Part shown: piece by piece, positions 39,271-54,100 of the stretch
Layout: each line of letters begins with the position of its first letter
Position numbering within the stretch: the first letter of the stretch is position 1
Source of the DNA: Eledone cirrhosa
Lineage: Eukaryota
Direction: 5' to 3'
NCBI GenBank assembly: GCA_964016885.1
Contig: OZ024740.1
Span: 20,088,001 to 20,152,000 of the forward strand
DNA length: 64,000 nucleotides
Notes under the pieces: generated by a model
Told to the model about the DNA's origin: nothing
Database searches by the model: none
Seen by the model: only the letters and a program-made list of their open reading frames with translations
Made by a program: the position numbers and the translations under genes

Positions 39271-42200
39271 CTGATACCTAGTTCCAATGTGTGATACCTA
39301 GTTCCAATGTCTGATACCCAGTTCCAATGTTTGATAACCAGTTCCAATATCTGATACACAGTTCAAATGTCTGATGCCCAGTTCCAATGTTTGATACCCA
39401 GTTCCAATGTCTGATACCCAGTTCCAATGTTTGATACCCAGTTCCAATGTTTGATACCCAGTTCCAATATCTGATACCCAGTTCAAATGTCTGATGCCCA
39501 GTTCCAATGTCAGATACCCAGTTCCAATGTCTGATACTCAGTTCCAATGTCTGATACCCAGTTCCAATATCTGATACCCAGTTCCAATATCTGATACCCA
39601 GTTCCAATGTATGATACCCAATTCCAAAATCTGATACCCAGTTCCAATGTCTGATACCCAGTTCCAATATCTGATACCTAGTTCCAATGTCTGATACCCA
39701 GTTCCAATATCTGATACCTAGTTCCAATATCTGATACCCAGTTCCAATATCTGATACCCAGTTCCAATGTATGATACCCAATTCCAATATCTGATACGTA
39801 GTTCCAATGTCTGATACCCAGTTCCAATGTCTGATACCCAGTTCCAATGTCTTATACCCAATTCCAATGTCTGATACCCAGTTCCAATGTCTGATCCCCA
39901 GTTCCAATGTCTGATACCCAGTTCCAATGTTTGATACCCAGTTCCAATGTCTGATACCCAGTTCGAATGTGTGATACCCAGTTCCAATGTCTGATACCCA
40001 GTTCCAATGTGTGATACCCAGTTCCAATGTCTGATACCCAGTTCCAATGACTGATACCCAGTTCCAATGTCTGATACCCAGTTCCAATGTCTGATCCCCA
40101 GTTCCAATGTCTGATACCCAGTTCCAATACCTGATACCCAGTTTCAATGTCTGATAGCCAATTCCATTGTCTGATACCCAGTTCCAATGTTTGATACCCA
40201 GTTCCAATGTCTGATACGCAGTTCCAATGTCTGATACCCAATTCCAATGTCTGATACCCAGTTCCAATGTTTGATACCCAGTTCCAATGTCTGATACCCA
40301 GTTCCAATGTCTGATCCCCAGTTCCAATGTCTGATACCCAGTTCCAATATCTGATACGCAGTTCCAATGTCTGATACCTAGTTCCAATGTCTGATACCCA
40401 GTTCCAATGTTTGGTACCCAGTTTCAATGTCTGATACGCAGTTCCAATGTTTGATACCCAGTTCCAATGTCTGATACCCAGTTCCAACGTCTGATACGCA
40501 GTTCCAATATTTGATACCCACTTCCAATATCTGAAAGCCAGTTCCAATGTTTGATACCCAGTTCCAATGTTTGATACCCAGTTCCAATGCCTGATACCCA
40601 GTTCCAATGTCTGATACCCAGTTCCAATGTCTGATCCCCAGTTCCAATGTCTGATACCCAGTTCCAATATCTGATACGCAGTTCCAATGTCTGATACCTA
40701 GTTCCAATGTCTGATACCCAGTTCCAATGTCTGATACCCAGTTCCAATGTATGATACCCAGTTCCTATATCTGATACCTAGTTCCAATGTCTTATACCCA
40801 GTTCCAATGTCTGATACGCAGTTCCAATATTTGATACCCACTTCCAATATCTGATACCCAGTTCCAATGTTTGATACCCAGTTCCAATGTTTGATACCCA
40901 GTTCCAATGCCTGATACCCAGTTCCAATGTCTGATACCCAATTCCAATGTCTGATACCCATTTCCAATGTTTGATACCCAGTTCCAATGTCTGATACCCT
41001 GTTCCAATGTCTGATACCCAGTTCCAATGTTTGATACCTAGTTCCAATGTCTGATACCCAGTTCCAATGTTTGGTACCCAGTTCCAATGTCTGATACGCA
41101 GTTCCAATGTTTGATACCCAGTTCCAATGTCTGATACCCAGTTCCAATGTCTGATACCCAGTTCCAATATCTGATACGCAGTTCCAATGTCTGATACCTA
41201 GTTCCAATATCTGATACCCAGTTCCAATGTCTGATACCCAGTTCCAATGTATGATACCAAGTTCCTATCTCTGATACCTAGTTCCAATGTCTGATACCTA
41301 GTTCCAATGTCTGATACCCAGTTCCATTGTTTGATACCCAGTTCCAATGTCTGATACCCAGTTCCAATGTATGATACGTAGTTCGAATGTTTGATACCCA
41401 GTTCCAATGTCTGATACCCAGTTCCAATGTTTGATACACAGTTCCAATGTCTGATCCCCAGTTCCAATATCTGATACCCAGTTCCAATATCTGATACCCA
41501 GTTCCAATGTTTGATACCCAGTTCCAATGTCTGATACTCAGTTCCAATGTCTGATACCCTGTTCCAATGTCTGATACCCAGGTCCAATGTTTGATACCCA
41601 GTTCCAATGTCTGATACCCAGTTCCAATGTTTGATACCTAGTTCCAATGTTTGATACCCAGTTCCAATGTTTGATACCCAGTTCCAATGTCTGATACCTA
41701 GTTCCAATGTGTGATACCTAGTTCCAATGTCTGATACCCAGTTCCAATGTTTGATAACCAGTTCCAATATCTGATACACAGTTCAAATGTCTGATGCCCA
41801 GTTCCAATGTTTGATACCCAGTTCCAATGTCTGATACCCAGTTCCAATGTTTGATACCCAGTTCCAATGTTTGATACCCAGTTCCAATATCTGATACCCA
41901 GTTCAAATGTCTGGTACCCAGTTCCAATGTCTGATACCCAGTTCCAATATCTGATACCCAGTTCCAATATCTGATACCCAGTTCAAATGTCTGGTACCCA
42001 GTTCCAATGTCTGATACCCAGTTCCAATATCTGATACCCAGTTCCAATATCTGATACGCAGTTCCAATGTCTGATACCCAGTTCCAATGTATGATACCTA
42101 GTTCCAATGTCTGATACCCAGTTCCAATGTATGATACCCAGTTCCAATGTATGATACCCAGTTCCAATGTCTGATACCTAGTTCCAATGTCTGATACCCA

Positions 42201-45200
42201 GTCCCAATGTTTGATACCCAGTTCCAATGTCTGATACCCAGTTCCAATGTCTGATACCCAATTCCAATGTCTGATAGCCAGTTCCAATGTCTGATACCCA
42301 GTTCCAATGTCTGATACTCAGTTCCAATGTCTGATACCCAGTTCCAATGTCTGATACCCAGTTCCAATGTCTGATACCCAGTTCCAATGTCTGATACTCA
42401 GTTCCAATGTCTGATACCCAGTTCCAATGTCTGATACCCAATTCCAATGTTTGATACCCAGTTCCAATGTTTGATACCCAGTTCCAATGTATGATACCCA
42501 GTTCCAATGTCTGATACCCAGTTCCAATATCTGATAGCCAGTTCCAATGTCTGATACTCAGTTCCAATGTCTGATACCCACTTCCAATGTCTGATACCCA
42601 GTTCCAATGTCTGATACCCAGTTCCAATGTATGATACCCAGTTCCAATGTCAGATACCCAGTTCCAATGTCTGATACTCAGTTCCAATGTCTGATACCCA
42701 GTTCCAATGTCTGATACCCAGTTCCAATATCTGATACCCAGTTCCAATGTATGATACCCAATTCCAAAATCTGATACCCAGTTCCAATGTCTGATACCCA
42801 GTTCCAATATCTGATACCTAGTTCCAATGTCTGATAGCCAGTTCCAATATCTGATACCTAGTTCCAATATCTGATACCCAGTTCCAATATCTGATACCCA
42901 GTTCCAATGTATGATACCCAATTCCAATATCTGATACCTAGTTCCAATGTCTGATACCCACTTCCAATGTCTGATACCCAGTTCCAATGTCTGATACCCA
43001 ATTCCAATGTCTGATACCCAGTTCCAATGTCTGATCCCCAGTACCAATGTCTGATACCCAGTTCCAATGTTTGATACCCAGTTCCAATGTCTGATACCCA
43101 GTTCCAATGTGTGATACCCAGTTCCGATGTCTGATACCCAGTTCCAATGTGTGATACCCAGTTCCAATGTCTGATACCCAGTTCCAATGACTGATACCCA
43201 GTTCCAATGTCTGATACCCAGTTCCAATGTCTGATCCCCAGTTCCAATGTCTGATACCCAGTTCCAATATCTGATACCCAGTTCCAATGTCTGATACCCA
43301 ATTCCAATGTCTGATACCCAGTTCCAATGTTTGATACCCAGTTCCAATGTCTGATACGCAGTTCCAATGTCTGATACCCAATTCCAATGTCTGATACCCA
43401 GTTCCAATGTTTGATACCCAGTTCCAATGTCTGATACCCAGTTCCAATGTCTGATCCCCAGTTCCAATGTCTGATAACCAGTTCCAATATCTGATACGCA
43501 GTTCCAATGTCTGATACCTAATTCCAATGTCTGATACCCAGTTCCAATGTTTGGTACCCAGTTTCAATGTCTGATACGCAGTTCCAATGTTTGATACCCA
43601 GTTCCAATGTCTGATACCCAGTTCCAACGTCTGATACCCAGTTCCAATATCTGATACGCAGTTCCAATGTCTGATACCTAGTTCCAATGTCTGATACCCA
43701 GTTCCAATGTCTGATACCCAGTTCCAATGTATGATACCCAGTTCCTATATCTGATACCTAGTTCCAATGTCTTATACCCAGTTCCAATGTTTGATACGCA
43801 GTTCCAATGTTTGATACCCACTTCCAATATCTGATACCCAGATCCAATGTTTGATACCCAGTTCCAATGTTTGATACCCAGTTCCAATGCCTGATACCCA
43901 GTTCCAATGTCTGATACCCAGTTCCAATGTCTGATACCCAGTTCCAATGTTTGATACCCAGTTCCAATGTCTGATACCCTGTTCCAATGTCTGATACCCA
44001 GTTCCAATGTTTGATACCTAGTTCCAATGTCTGATACCCAGTTCCAATGTTTGGTACCCAGTTCCAATGTCTGATACGCAGTTCCAATGTTTGATACCCA
44101 GTTCCAATGTCTGATACCCAGTTCCAATGTCTGATACCCAGTTCCAATATCTGATACGCAGTTCCAATGTCTGATCCCTAGTTCCAATATCTGATACCCA
44201 GTTCCAATGTCTGATACCCAGTTCCAATGTATGATACCAAGTTCCTATCTCTGATACCTAGTTCCAATGTCTTATACACAGTTCCAAAGTCTGATACGCA
44301 GTTCCAATGTTTGATACCCACTTCCAATATCTGATACCCAGTTCCAATGTTTGATACCCAGTTCCAATGTTTGATACCCAGTTCCAATGCCTGATACCCA
44401 GTTCCAATGTCTGATACCCAGTTCCAATGTCTGATACCCAGTTCCAATGTATGATACCCAGTTCCAATGCGTGATACCCAGCTCCAATGTCTGATACCCA
44501 GTTCCAATGTTTGATACCCAGTTCCAATGTGTGATACCCAGTTCCAATGTATGATACCCAGTTCCAATGTCTGATACCCAGTTCCAATGTCTGATAGCCA
44601 GTTCCAATGTCTGATACTCAGTTCCAATGTCTGATACCCAGGTCCAATGTCTGATACCCAGTTCCAATGTCTGATACCCAGTTCCAATGTATGATACCCA
44701 GTTCCAATGTCAGATACCCAGTTCCAATGTCTGATACTCAGTTCCAATGTCTGATACCCAGTTCCAATGTCTGATACCCAGTTCCAATATCTGATACCCA
44801 GTTCCAATGTATGATACCCAATTCCAATATCTGATACCTAGTTCCAATGTCTGATACCCAGTTCCAATATCTGATACCCAGTTCCAATGTCTGATACCCA
44901 ATTCCAATGTCTGATACCCAGTTCCAATGTCTGATCCCCAGTTCCAATGTCTGATACCCAGTTCCAATGTTTGATACCCAGTTCCAATGTCTGATACCCA
45001 GTTCGAATGTGTGATACCCAGTTCCGATGTCTGATACCCAGTTCCAATGTGTGATACCCAGTTCCAATGTCTGATACCCAGTTCCAATGACTGATACCCA
45101 GTTCCAATGTCTGATACCCAGTTCCCATGTCTGATCCCCAGTTCCAATGTCTGATACCCAGTTCCAATATCCGATACCCAGTTCCAATGTCTGATACCCA

Positions 45201-48200
45201 ATTCCAATGTCTGATACCCAGTTCCAATGTTTGATACCCAGTTCCAATGTCTGATACGCAGTTCCAATGTCTGATACCCAATTCCAATGTCTGATACCCA
45301 GTTCCAATGTTTGATACCCAGTTCCAATGTCTGATACCCAGTTCCAATGTCTGATCCCCAGTTCCAATGTCTGATACCCAGTTCCAATATCTGATACGCA
45401 GTTCCAATGTCTGATACCTAGTTCCAATGTCTGATACCCAGTTCCAATGTTTGGTACCCAGTTTCAATGTCTGATACTCAGTTCCAATGTTTGATACCCA
45501 GTTCCAATGTCTGATACCCAGTTCCAACGTCTGATACCCAGTTCCAATATCTGATACGCAGTTCCAATGTCTGATACCTAGTTCCAATGTCTGATACCCA
45601 GTTCCAATGTCTGATACCCAGTTCCAATGTTTGATACCTAGTTCCAATGTCTGATACCCAGTTCCAATGTTTGGTACCCAGTTCCAATGTCTGATACGCA
45701 GTTCCAATGTTTGATACCCAATTCCAATGTCTGATACCCAGTTCCAATGTCTGATACCCAGTTCCAATATCTGATACGCAGTTCCAATGTCTGATACCTA
45801 GTTCCAATATCTGATACCCAGTTCCAATGTCTGATACCCAGTTCCAATGTATGATACCCAGTTCCTATATCTGATACCTAGTTCCAATGTCTTATACCCA
45901 GTTCCAATGTCTGATACGCAGTTCCAATGTTTGATACCCACTTCCAATATCTGATACCCAGTTCCAATGTCTGATACCCAGTTCCAATATCTGATACCCA
46001 GTTCCAATGTCTGATACCCAGTTCCAATGCCTGATACCCAGTTCCAATGTCTGATACCCAGTTCCAATGTCTGATACCCAGTTCCAATGTTTGATACCCA
46101 GTTCCAATGTCTGATACCCAGTTCCAATGTCTGATACCCAGCTCCAATGTCTGATACCCAGTTCCAATGTTTGATACCCAGTTCCAATGTGTGATACCCA
46201 GTTCCAATGTGTGATACCTAGTTCCAATGTCTGATACCCAGTTACAATGTTTGATACCCAGTTCCAATGTTTGATACCCAGTTCCAATGTCTGATACCCA
46301 GTTCAAATGTTTTGATACCTAGTTCCAATGTTTGATACCCTGTTCCAATGTTTGATACCCAGTTCCAATGTCTGATACCCAGTTCCAATGTCTGATACCC
46401 AGTTCCAATATCTGATACCCAGTTCCAATGTTTGATAACCAGTTCCAATGTTTGATACCCAGTTCCAATGTCTGATACCCAGTTCCAATGTCTGATAGCT
46501 AGTTCGAATGTTTGATACCTAGTTCCAATGTCTGATACCCAGTTCCAATGTCTGATACCCAGTTCCAATGTCTGATATCGAGTTCCAATGTTTGATACCC
46601 AGTTCCAATGTCTGATACCCAGTTCCAATGTCTGATACCCAGTTCCAATGTTTGATACCCAGTTCCAATGTCTGATCCCCAGTTCCAATGTCTGATACCC
46701 AGTTCCAATATCTGATACCCAGTTCCAATGTTTGATACCTAGTTCCAATGTTTGATACCCAGTTCCAATGTTTGATACCCAGTTCCAATGTCTGATAACC
46801 AGTTCCAATGTCTGATACCTAGTTCCAATGTTTGATACCTAGTTCCAATCTCTGATACCCAGTTCCAATGTTTGATAACCAGTTCCAATATCTGATACCC
46901 AGTTCCAATGTTTGATACCTAATTCCAATGTCTGATACCCAGTTCCAATGTTTGATAACCAGTTCCAATGTTTGATACCTAGTTCCAATGTCTGATACCT
47001 AGTTCCAATGTTTGATACCTAGTTCCAATGTCTGATACCCAGTTCCAATGTTTGATACCTAGTTCCAACGTTTGATACCCAGTTCCAATGTTTCATACCC
47101 AGTTCCAATGTCTGATATCCAGTTCCAATGTCTGATACCCAGTTCCAATGTTTGATACCCAGTTCCAATGTTTGATACCCAGTTCCAATGTCTGATACCC
47201 AGTTCCAATGTCTGATACCTAGTTCGAATGTTTGATACCCAGTTCCAATGTCTGATACCCAATTCCAATGTTTGATACCCAGTTCCAATGTCTGATACCC
47301 AGTTCCAATATATGATACCCAGTTCCAATGTTTGATACCCAGTTCCAATGTCTGATACCCTGTTCCAATGTCTGATACCCAGTTCCAATGTTTGATACCC
47401 AGTTCCAATGTCTGATACCCAGTGCCAATGTTTCATACCTAGTTCCCATGTTTGATACCCAGTTCCAATGTTTGATACCCAGTTCCAATATCTGATACCC
47501 AGTTCAAATGTCTGATACCCAGTTCCAATGTCTGATACCCAGTTCCAGTGTCTGATACCCAGTTCCAATATCTGATACGCAGTTCCAATGTCTGATACCC
47601 AATTCCAATGTCTGATACCCAGTTCCAATGTCTGATCCCCAGTTCCAATGTCTGATACCCAGTTCCAATATCTGATACGCAGTTCCAATGTTTGATACCC
47701 AGTTCCAATGTGTGATACCCAGTTCCAATGTGTGATACCTAGTTCCAATGTCTGATACCCAGTTACAATGTTTGATACCCAGTTCCAATGTCTGATACGG
47801 AGTTCCAATGTTTGATACCCACTTCCAATATCTGATACCCAGTTCCAATGTTTGATACCCAGTTCCAATGTTTGATACCCAGTTCCAATGCCTGATACCC
47901 AGTTCCAATGTCTGATACCCAGTTCCAATGTCTGATACCCAGTTCCAATGTTTGATACCTAGTTCCAATGTCTGATACCCAGTTCCAATGTTTGGTACCC
48001 AGTTCCAATGTCTGATACGCAGTTCCAATGTTTGATACCCAGTTCCAATGTCTGATACCCAGTTCCAATGTCTGATACCCAGTTCCAATATCTGATACGC
48101 AGTTCCAATGTCTGATACCTAGTTCCAATATCTGATACCCAGTTTCAATGTCTGATACCCAGTTCCAATGTATGATACCAAGTTTCTATCTCTGATACCT

Positions 48201-51190
48201 AGTTCCAATGTCTTATACCCAGTTCCAATGTCTGATACGCAGTTCCAATGTTTGATACCCACTTCCAATATCTGATACCCAGTTCCAATGTTTGATACCC
48301 AGTTCCAATGTTTGATACCCAGTTCCAATGCCTGATACCCAGTTCCAATGTCTGATACCCAGTTCCAATGTCTGATACCCAGTTCCAATGTTTGATACCC
48401 AGTTCCAATGTCTGATACCCAGTTCCAATGTCTGAACCCAGCTCCAATGTCTGATACCCAGTTCCAATGTTTGATACCCAGTTCCAATGTGTGATACCCA
48501 GTTCCAATGTGTGATACCTAGTTCCAATGTCTGATACCCAGTTACAATGTTTGATACCCAGTTCCAATGTTTGATACCCAGTTCCAATGTCTGATACCCA
48601 GTTCCAATGTTTTGATACCTAGTTCCAATGTTTGATACCCTGTTCCAATGTTTGATACCCAGTTCCAATGTCTGATACCCAGTTCCAATCTCTGATACCC
48701 AGTTCCAATATCTGATACCCAGTTCCAATGTTTGATAACCAGTTCCAATGTTTGATACCCAGTTCCAATGTCTGATACCCAGTTCCAATGTCTGATACCT
48801 AGTTCGAATGTTTGATACCTAGTTCCAATCTCTGATACCCAGTTCCAATGTCTGATACCCAGTTCCAATGTCTGATATCGAGTTCCAATGTTTGATACCC
48901 AGTTCCAATGTCTGATACCCAGTTCCAATGTCTGATACCCAGTTCCAATGTTTGATACCCAGTTCCAATGTCTGATCCCCAGTTCCAATGTCTGATACCC
49001 AGTTCCAATATCTGATACCCAGTTCCAATGTTTGATACCTAGTTCCAATGTTTGATACCGAGTTCCAATGTTTGATACCCAGTTCCAATGTCTGATAGCC
49101 AGTTCCAATGTCTGATACCTAGTTCCAATGTTTGATACCTAGTTCCAATCTCTGATACCCAGTTCCAATGTGTGATAACCAGTTCCAATATCTGATACCC
49201 AGTTCCAATGTTTGATACCTAATTCCAATGTCTGATACCCAGTTCCAATGTTTGATAACCAGTTCCAATGTTTGATACCTAGTTCCAATGTCTGATACCT
49301 AGTTCCAATGTTTGATACCTAGTTCTAATGTCTGATACCCAGTTCCAATGTTTGATACCTAGTTCCAATGTTTGATACCCAGTTCCAATGTTTCATACCC
49401 AGTTCCAATGTCTGATACCCAGTTCCAATGTCGGATACCCAGTTTCAATGTTTGATACCCAGTTCCAATGTTTGATACCCAGTTCCAATGTCTGATACCC
49501 AGTTCCAATGTCTGATACCTAGTTCGAATGTTTGATACCCAGTTCCAATGTCTGATACCCAATTCCAATGTTTGATACCCAGTTCCAATGTCTGATCCCC
49601 AGTTCCAATATCTGATACCCAGTTCCAATATCTGATACCCAGTTCCAATGTTTGATACCCAGTTCCAATGTCTGATACCCTGTTCCAATGTCTGATACCC
49701 AGTTCCAATGTTTGATACCCAGTTCCAATATCTGATACCCAGTTCAAATGTCTGATACCCAGTTCCAATGTCTGATACCCAGTTCCAATGTCTGATACCC
49801 AGTTCCAATATCTGATACGCAGTTCCAATGTCTGATACCCAATTCCAATGTCTGATACCCAATTCCAATGTCTGATACTCAGTTCCAATATCTGATACCC
49901 AGTTCCAATATATGTTACCCAGTTCCAATATCTGATACCCAGTTCCAATGTCTGATACCCAGTTCCAATGTCTGATACCCAGATCCAATGTCTGATACCC
50001 AGTTCCAATGTCTGATACCCAGTTCCAATGTCTGATACCCAGTTCCAATATCTGATACCCAGTTCCAATATCTGATACCTAGTTCCAATGTCTGATAGCC
50101 AGTTCCAATGTCTGATACGCAGTTCCAATGTATGATACCTAGTTCCAATGTCTGATACCCAGTTCCAATGTATGATACCAAGTTCCAATGTCTGATACCT
50201 AGTTCCAATGTCTGATACCCAATTCCAATGTCTGATACTCAGTTCCAATGTCTGATACCCAGTTCCAATGTCTGATACCCAGTTCCAATGTCTGATACCC
50301 AGTTCCAATGTCTGATACCTAGTTCCAATGTCTGATACCCAGTTCCAATGTTTGATACCCAGTTCCAATGTCTGATACCCAGTTCCAATGTATGATACCT
50401 AGTTCGAATGTTTGATACCCAGTTCCAATGTCTGATACCCAGTTCTAATGTTTGATACACAGTTCCAATGTCTGATCCCCAGTTCCAATATCTGATACCC
50501 AGTTCCAATATCTGATACCCAGTTCCAATGTTTGATACCCAGTTCCAATATCTGATACCCAGTTCCAATATCTGATACCCTGTTCCAATGTCTGATACCC
50601 AGTACCAATGTTTGATACCCAGTTCCAATGTCTGATACCCAGTTCCAATGTTTGATACCTAGTTCCAATGTTTGATACCCAGTTCCAATGTTTGATACCC
50701 AGTTCCAATGTCTGATACCTAGTTCCAATGTTTGATACCTAGTTCCAATGTCTGATACCCAGTTCCAATGTTTCATAACCAGTTCCAATATCCTATACAC
50801 AGTTCCGATGTCTGATGCCCAGTTCCAATGTTTGATACCTAGTTCCAATGTCTGATACCCAGTTCCAATGTTTGATACCCAGTTCCAATGTTTGATACCC
50901 AGTTCCAATATCTGATACCCAGTTCAAATGTCTGGTACCCAGTTCCAATGTCTGATACCCAGTCCCAATATCTGATACCCAGTTCCAATATCTGATACGC
51001 AGTTCCAATGTCTGATACCCAATTCCAATGTCTGATACCCAGTTCCAATGTCTGATACTCAGTTCCAATATCTGATACCCAGTTCCAATGTATGATACAT
51101 AGTTCCAATATCTGATACCCAGTTCCAATGTCTGATACCCAGTTCCAATGTCTGATACCCAGTTCCAATGTCTGATACCCAGTTCCAATG
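39271..51190. repeat. Satellite domain B (indel-poor, distinct variant set)
   Basis: Exact 20-bp phase is kept from ~38,900 to 46,310, with only three length changes before 51,400. Diagnostic variants are GTGTGATA, GATCCCC, GGTACC, CCCAATT and CCCTGT. Confidence 0.85.
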
Positions 51191-54100
51191 TCTGATACCC
51201 AGTTCCAAAGTTTGATACCCAGTTCCAATGTTTCATACCCAGTTCCAATGTCTGATACCTAGTTCCAATGTCTGATACCCAGTTGCAATGTCTGATACCC
51301 AGTTCCAATGTCTGATACCCAGTTCCAATGTCTGATACCCAGTTCCACTGTCTGATACCCAGTTCCAATGTCTCTTACCCAGTTCCAATGTCTGATACCC
51401 ATTCCAATGTCTGATACCCAGTTCCAATGTCTGATACCCAGTTCCAATGTCTGAGACCCAGTTCCAATGTCTGATACCCAGTTCCAATGTTTGATACCCA
51501 GTTCCAATGTCTTATACCCAGTTCCAATGTCTGATACCTAGTTCCAATGTTTGATACCCAGTTCCAATGTTTGATACCCAGTTCCAATATCTGATACCCA
51601 GTACCACTGTCTGATACCCATTCGAATGTCTGATACCAGATTCCAATGTCTGATACCCAGTTCCAATGTCTGATACCCAGTTCCAATGTCTGATACACAG
51701 TTCCAATGTTTGATACCCAGTTCCAATGTCTGATACCTAGTTCCAATGTTTGATACCCAGTTCCAATATCTGATACCCAGTTCCAATATCTGATACCCAG
51801 TTCCAATGTCTGATGCCCAGTTCCAATGTCTGATACCCAGTTCCAATGTCTGATACCCAGTTCCAATATCTGATACCTGGTTCCAATGTCTGATACCCAG
51901 TTCCAATGTCTGATACGCAGTTCCAATATTTCATACCCAGTTCCAATGTCTGATACCCAGTTCCAATGTCTGATACCCAGTTCCAATATCTGATACCCAG
52001 TTCCAATGTCTGATACCCAGTTCCAATGTATGATACCCAGTTCCAATGTCTGATACCCAGTTCCAATGTCTGATACCTAGTTCCAATGTTTGATACCCAG
52101 TTCCAATGTTTGATACCCAGTTCCAATATCTGATACCCAGTTCCAATGTCTGATACCCAGTTCCAATGTCTGATACCTAGTTCCAATGTTTGATAACCAG
52201 TTCCAATGTTTGATACCCAGTTCCAGTATCTGATACCCAGTTCCAATGTCTCATACCTAGTTCCAATCTCTGATACCCAGTTCCAATGTTTGATACGCAG
52301 TTCCAATGTCTGATACCCAGTTCCACTGTCTGATACCCATTCGAATGTCTGATACCCAGATCCCATGTCTGATACCCATTCGAATGTCTGATACCCAGTT
52401 CCAGTGTCTGATACCCAGTTCCAATATTTGATACCCAGTTCCAATGTTTGATACCCAGTTCCAATGTCTGATACCCATTTCCAATGTCTGATACGCAGTT
52501 CCAATGTTTGATACCCAGTTCCAATGTCTGATACACATTCCAATGTTTGATACCCAGTTCCAATGTCTGATACCCAGTTCCAATGTCTGATACGCAGTTC
52601 CAAAGTCTGATACCCAGTTCCAATGTCTGATACGCAGTTCCAATGTCTGATACCCAGTTGCAATGTCTGATACCCAGTTCCAATGTCTGATACCCAGGTC
52701 CAATGCCTGATACCCAGTTCCAATGTTTGATATCCAGTTCCAATGTTTGATACCCAGTTCCAATGTCTGATACGCAGTTCCAATGTCTGATACCCAGTTC
52801 CAATGTCTGATACCCAGTTCCAATATCTGATACCCAGTTCCAATGCCTGATACCCAGTTCCAATGTTTGATACCCAGTTCCAATGTTTGATACCCAGTTC
52901 CAATGTCTGATACCTAGTTCCAATGTCTGATACGCAGTTCCAATGTCTGATACCCAGTTCCACTGTCTGATACCCAGTTCCAATGCCTGATACCCAGTTC
53001 CAATGTTTGATACCCAGTTCCAATGTTTGATACCAAGTTCCAATGTCTGATACCCAGGTCCAATGTCTGATACCTAGTTCCAATGTCTGATACCCAGTTC
53101 CAATGTCTGATACCCAGTTCCAATGTTTGATACCCAGTTCCAATGTCTGATAACTAGTTCCAATGTCTGATACCCAGTTCCAATGTTTGATACCCAGTTC
53201 TAATGTCTGATACGCAGTTCCAATGTTTGATACCCAGTTCCAATGTCTGATACCCAGTTCAAATATCTGATACCCAGTTCCAATGTCTGATGCCCAGTTC
53301 CAATGTCTGATACCTGGTTCCAATGTCTGATACCCAGTTACAATGTCTGATAAGCAGTTCCAATGTTTGATACCCAGTTCCAATGTCTGATACCCAGTTC
53401 CAATGTCTGATACCCAGTTTCAATATCTGATACCCAGTTCCAATGTCTGATACCCAGTTCCAATGTATGATACCCAGTTCCAATGTCTGAGACCCAGTTC
53501 CAATGTCTGATACCCAGTTCCAATGTTTGATACCCAGTTCCAATGTCTTATACCCAGTTCCAATGTCTGATACCTAGTTCCAATGTTTGATACCCAGTTC
53601 CAATGTTTGATACCCAGTTCCAATATCTGATACCCAGTACCACTGTCTGATACCCATTCGAATGTCTGATACCAGATTCCAATGTCTGATACCCAGTTCC
53701 AATGTCTGATACCCAGTTCCAATGTCTGATACACAGTTCCAATGTTTGATACCCAGTTCCAATGTCTGATACCTAGTTCCAATGTTTGATACCCAGTTCC
53801 AATATCTGATACCCAGTTCCAATATCTGATACCCAGTTCCAATGTCTGATGCCCAGTTCCAATGTCTGATACCCAGTTCCAATGTCTGATACCCAGTTCC
53901 AATATCTGATACCTGGTTCCAATGTCTGATACCCAGTTCCAATGTCTGATAACCAGTTCCAAAGTTTGATACCGAGTTCCAATGTTTGATACCCAGTTCC
54001 AATGTCTCATACCTAGTTCCAATGTCTGATACCCAGTTGCAATGTCTGATACCCAGTTCCAATGTCTGATACCCAGTTCCTATGTCTGATACCCAGTTCC

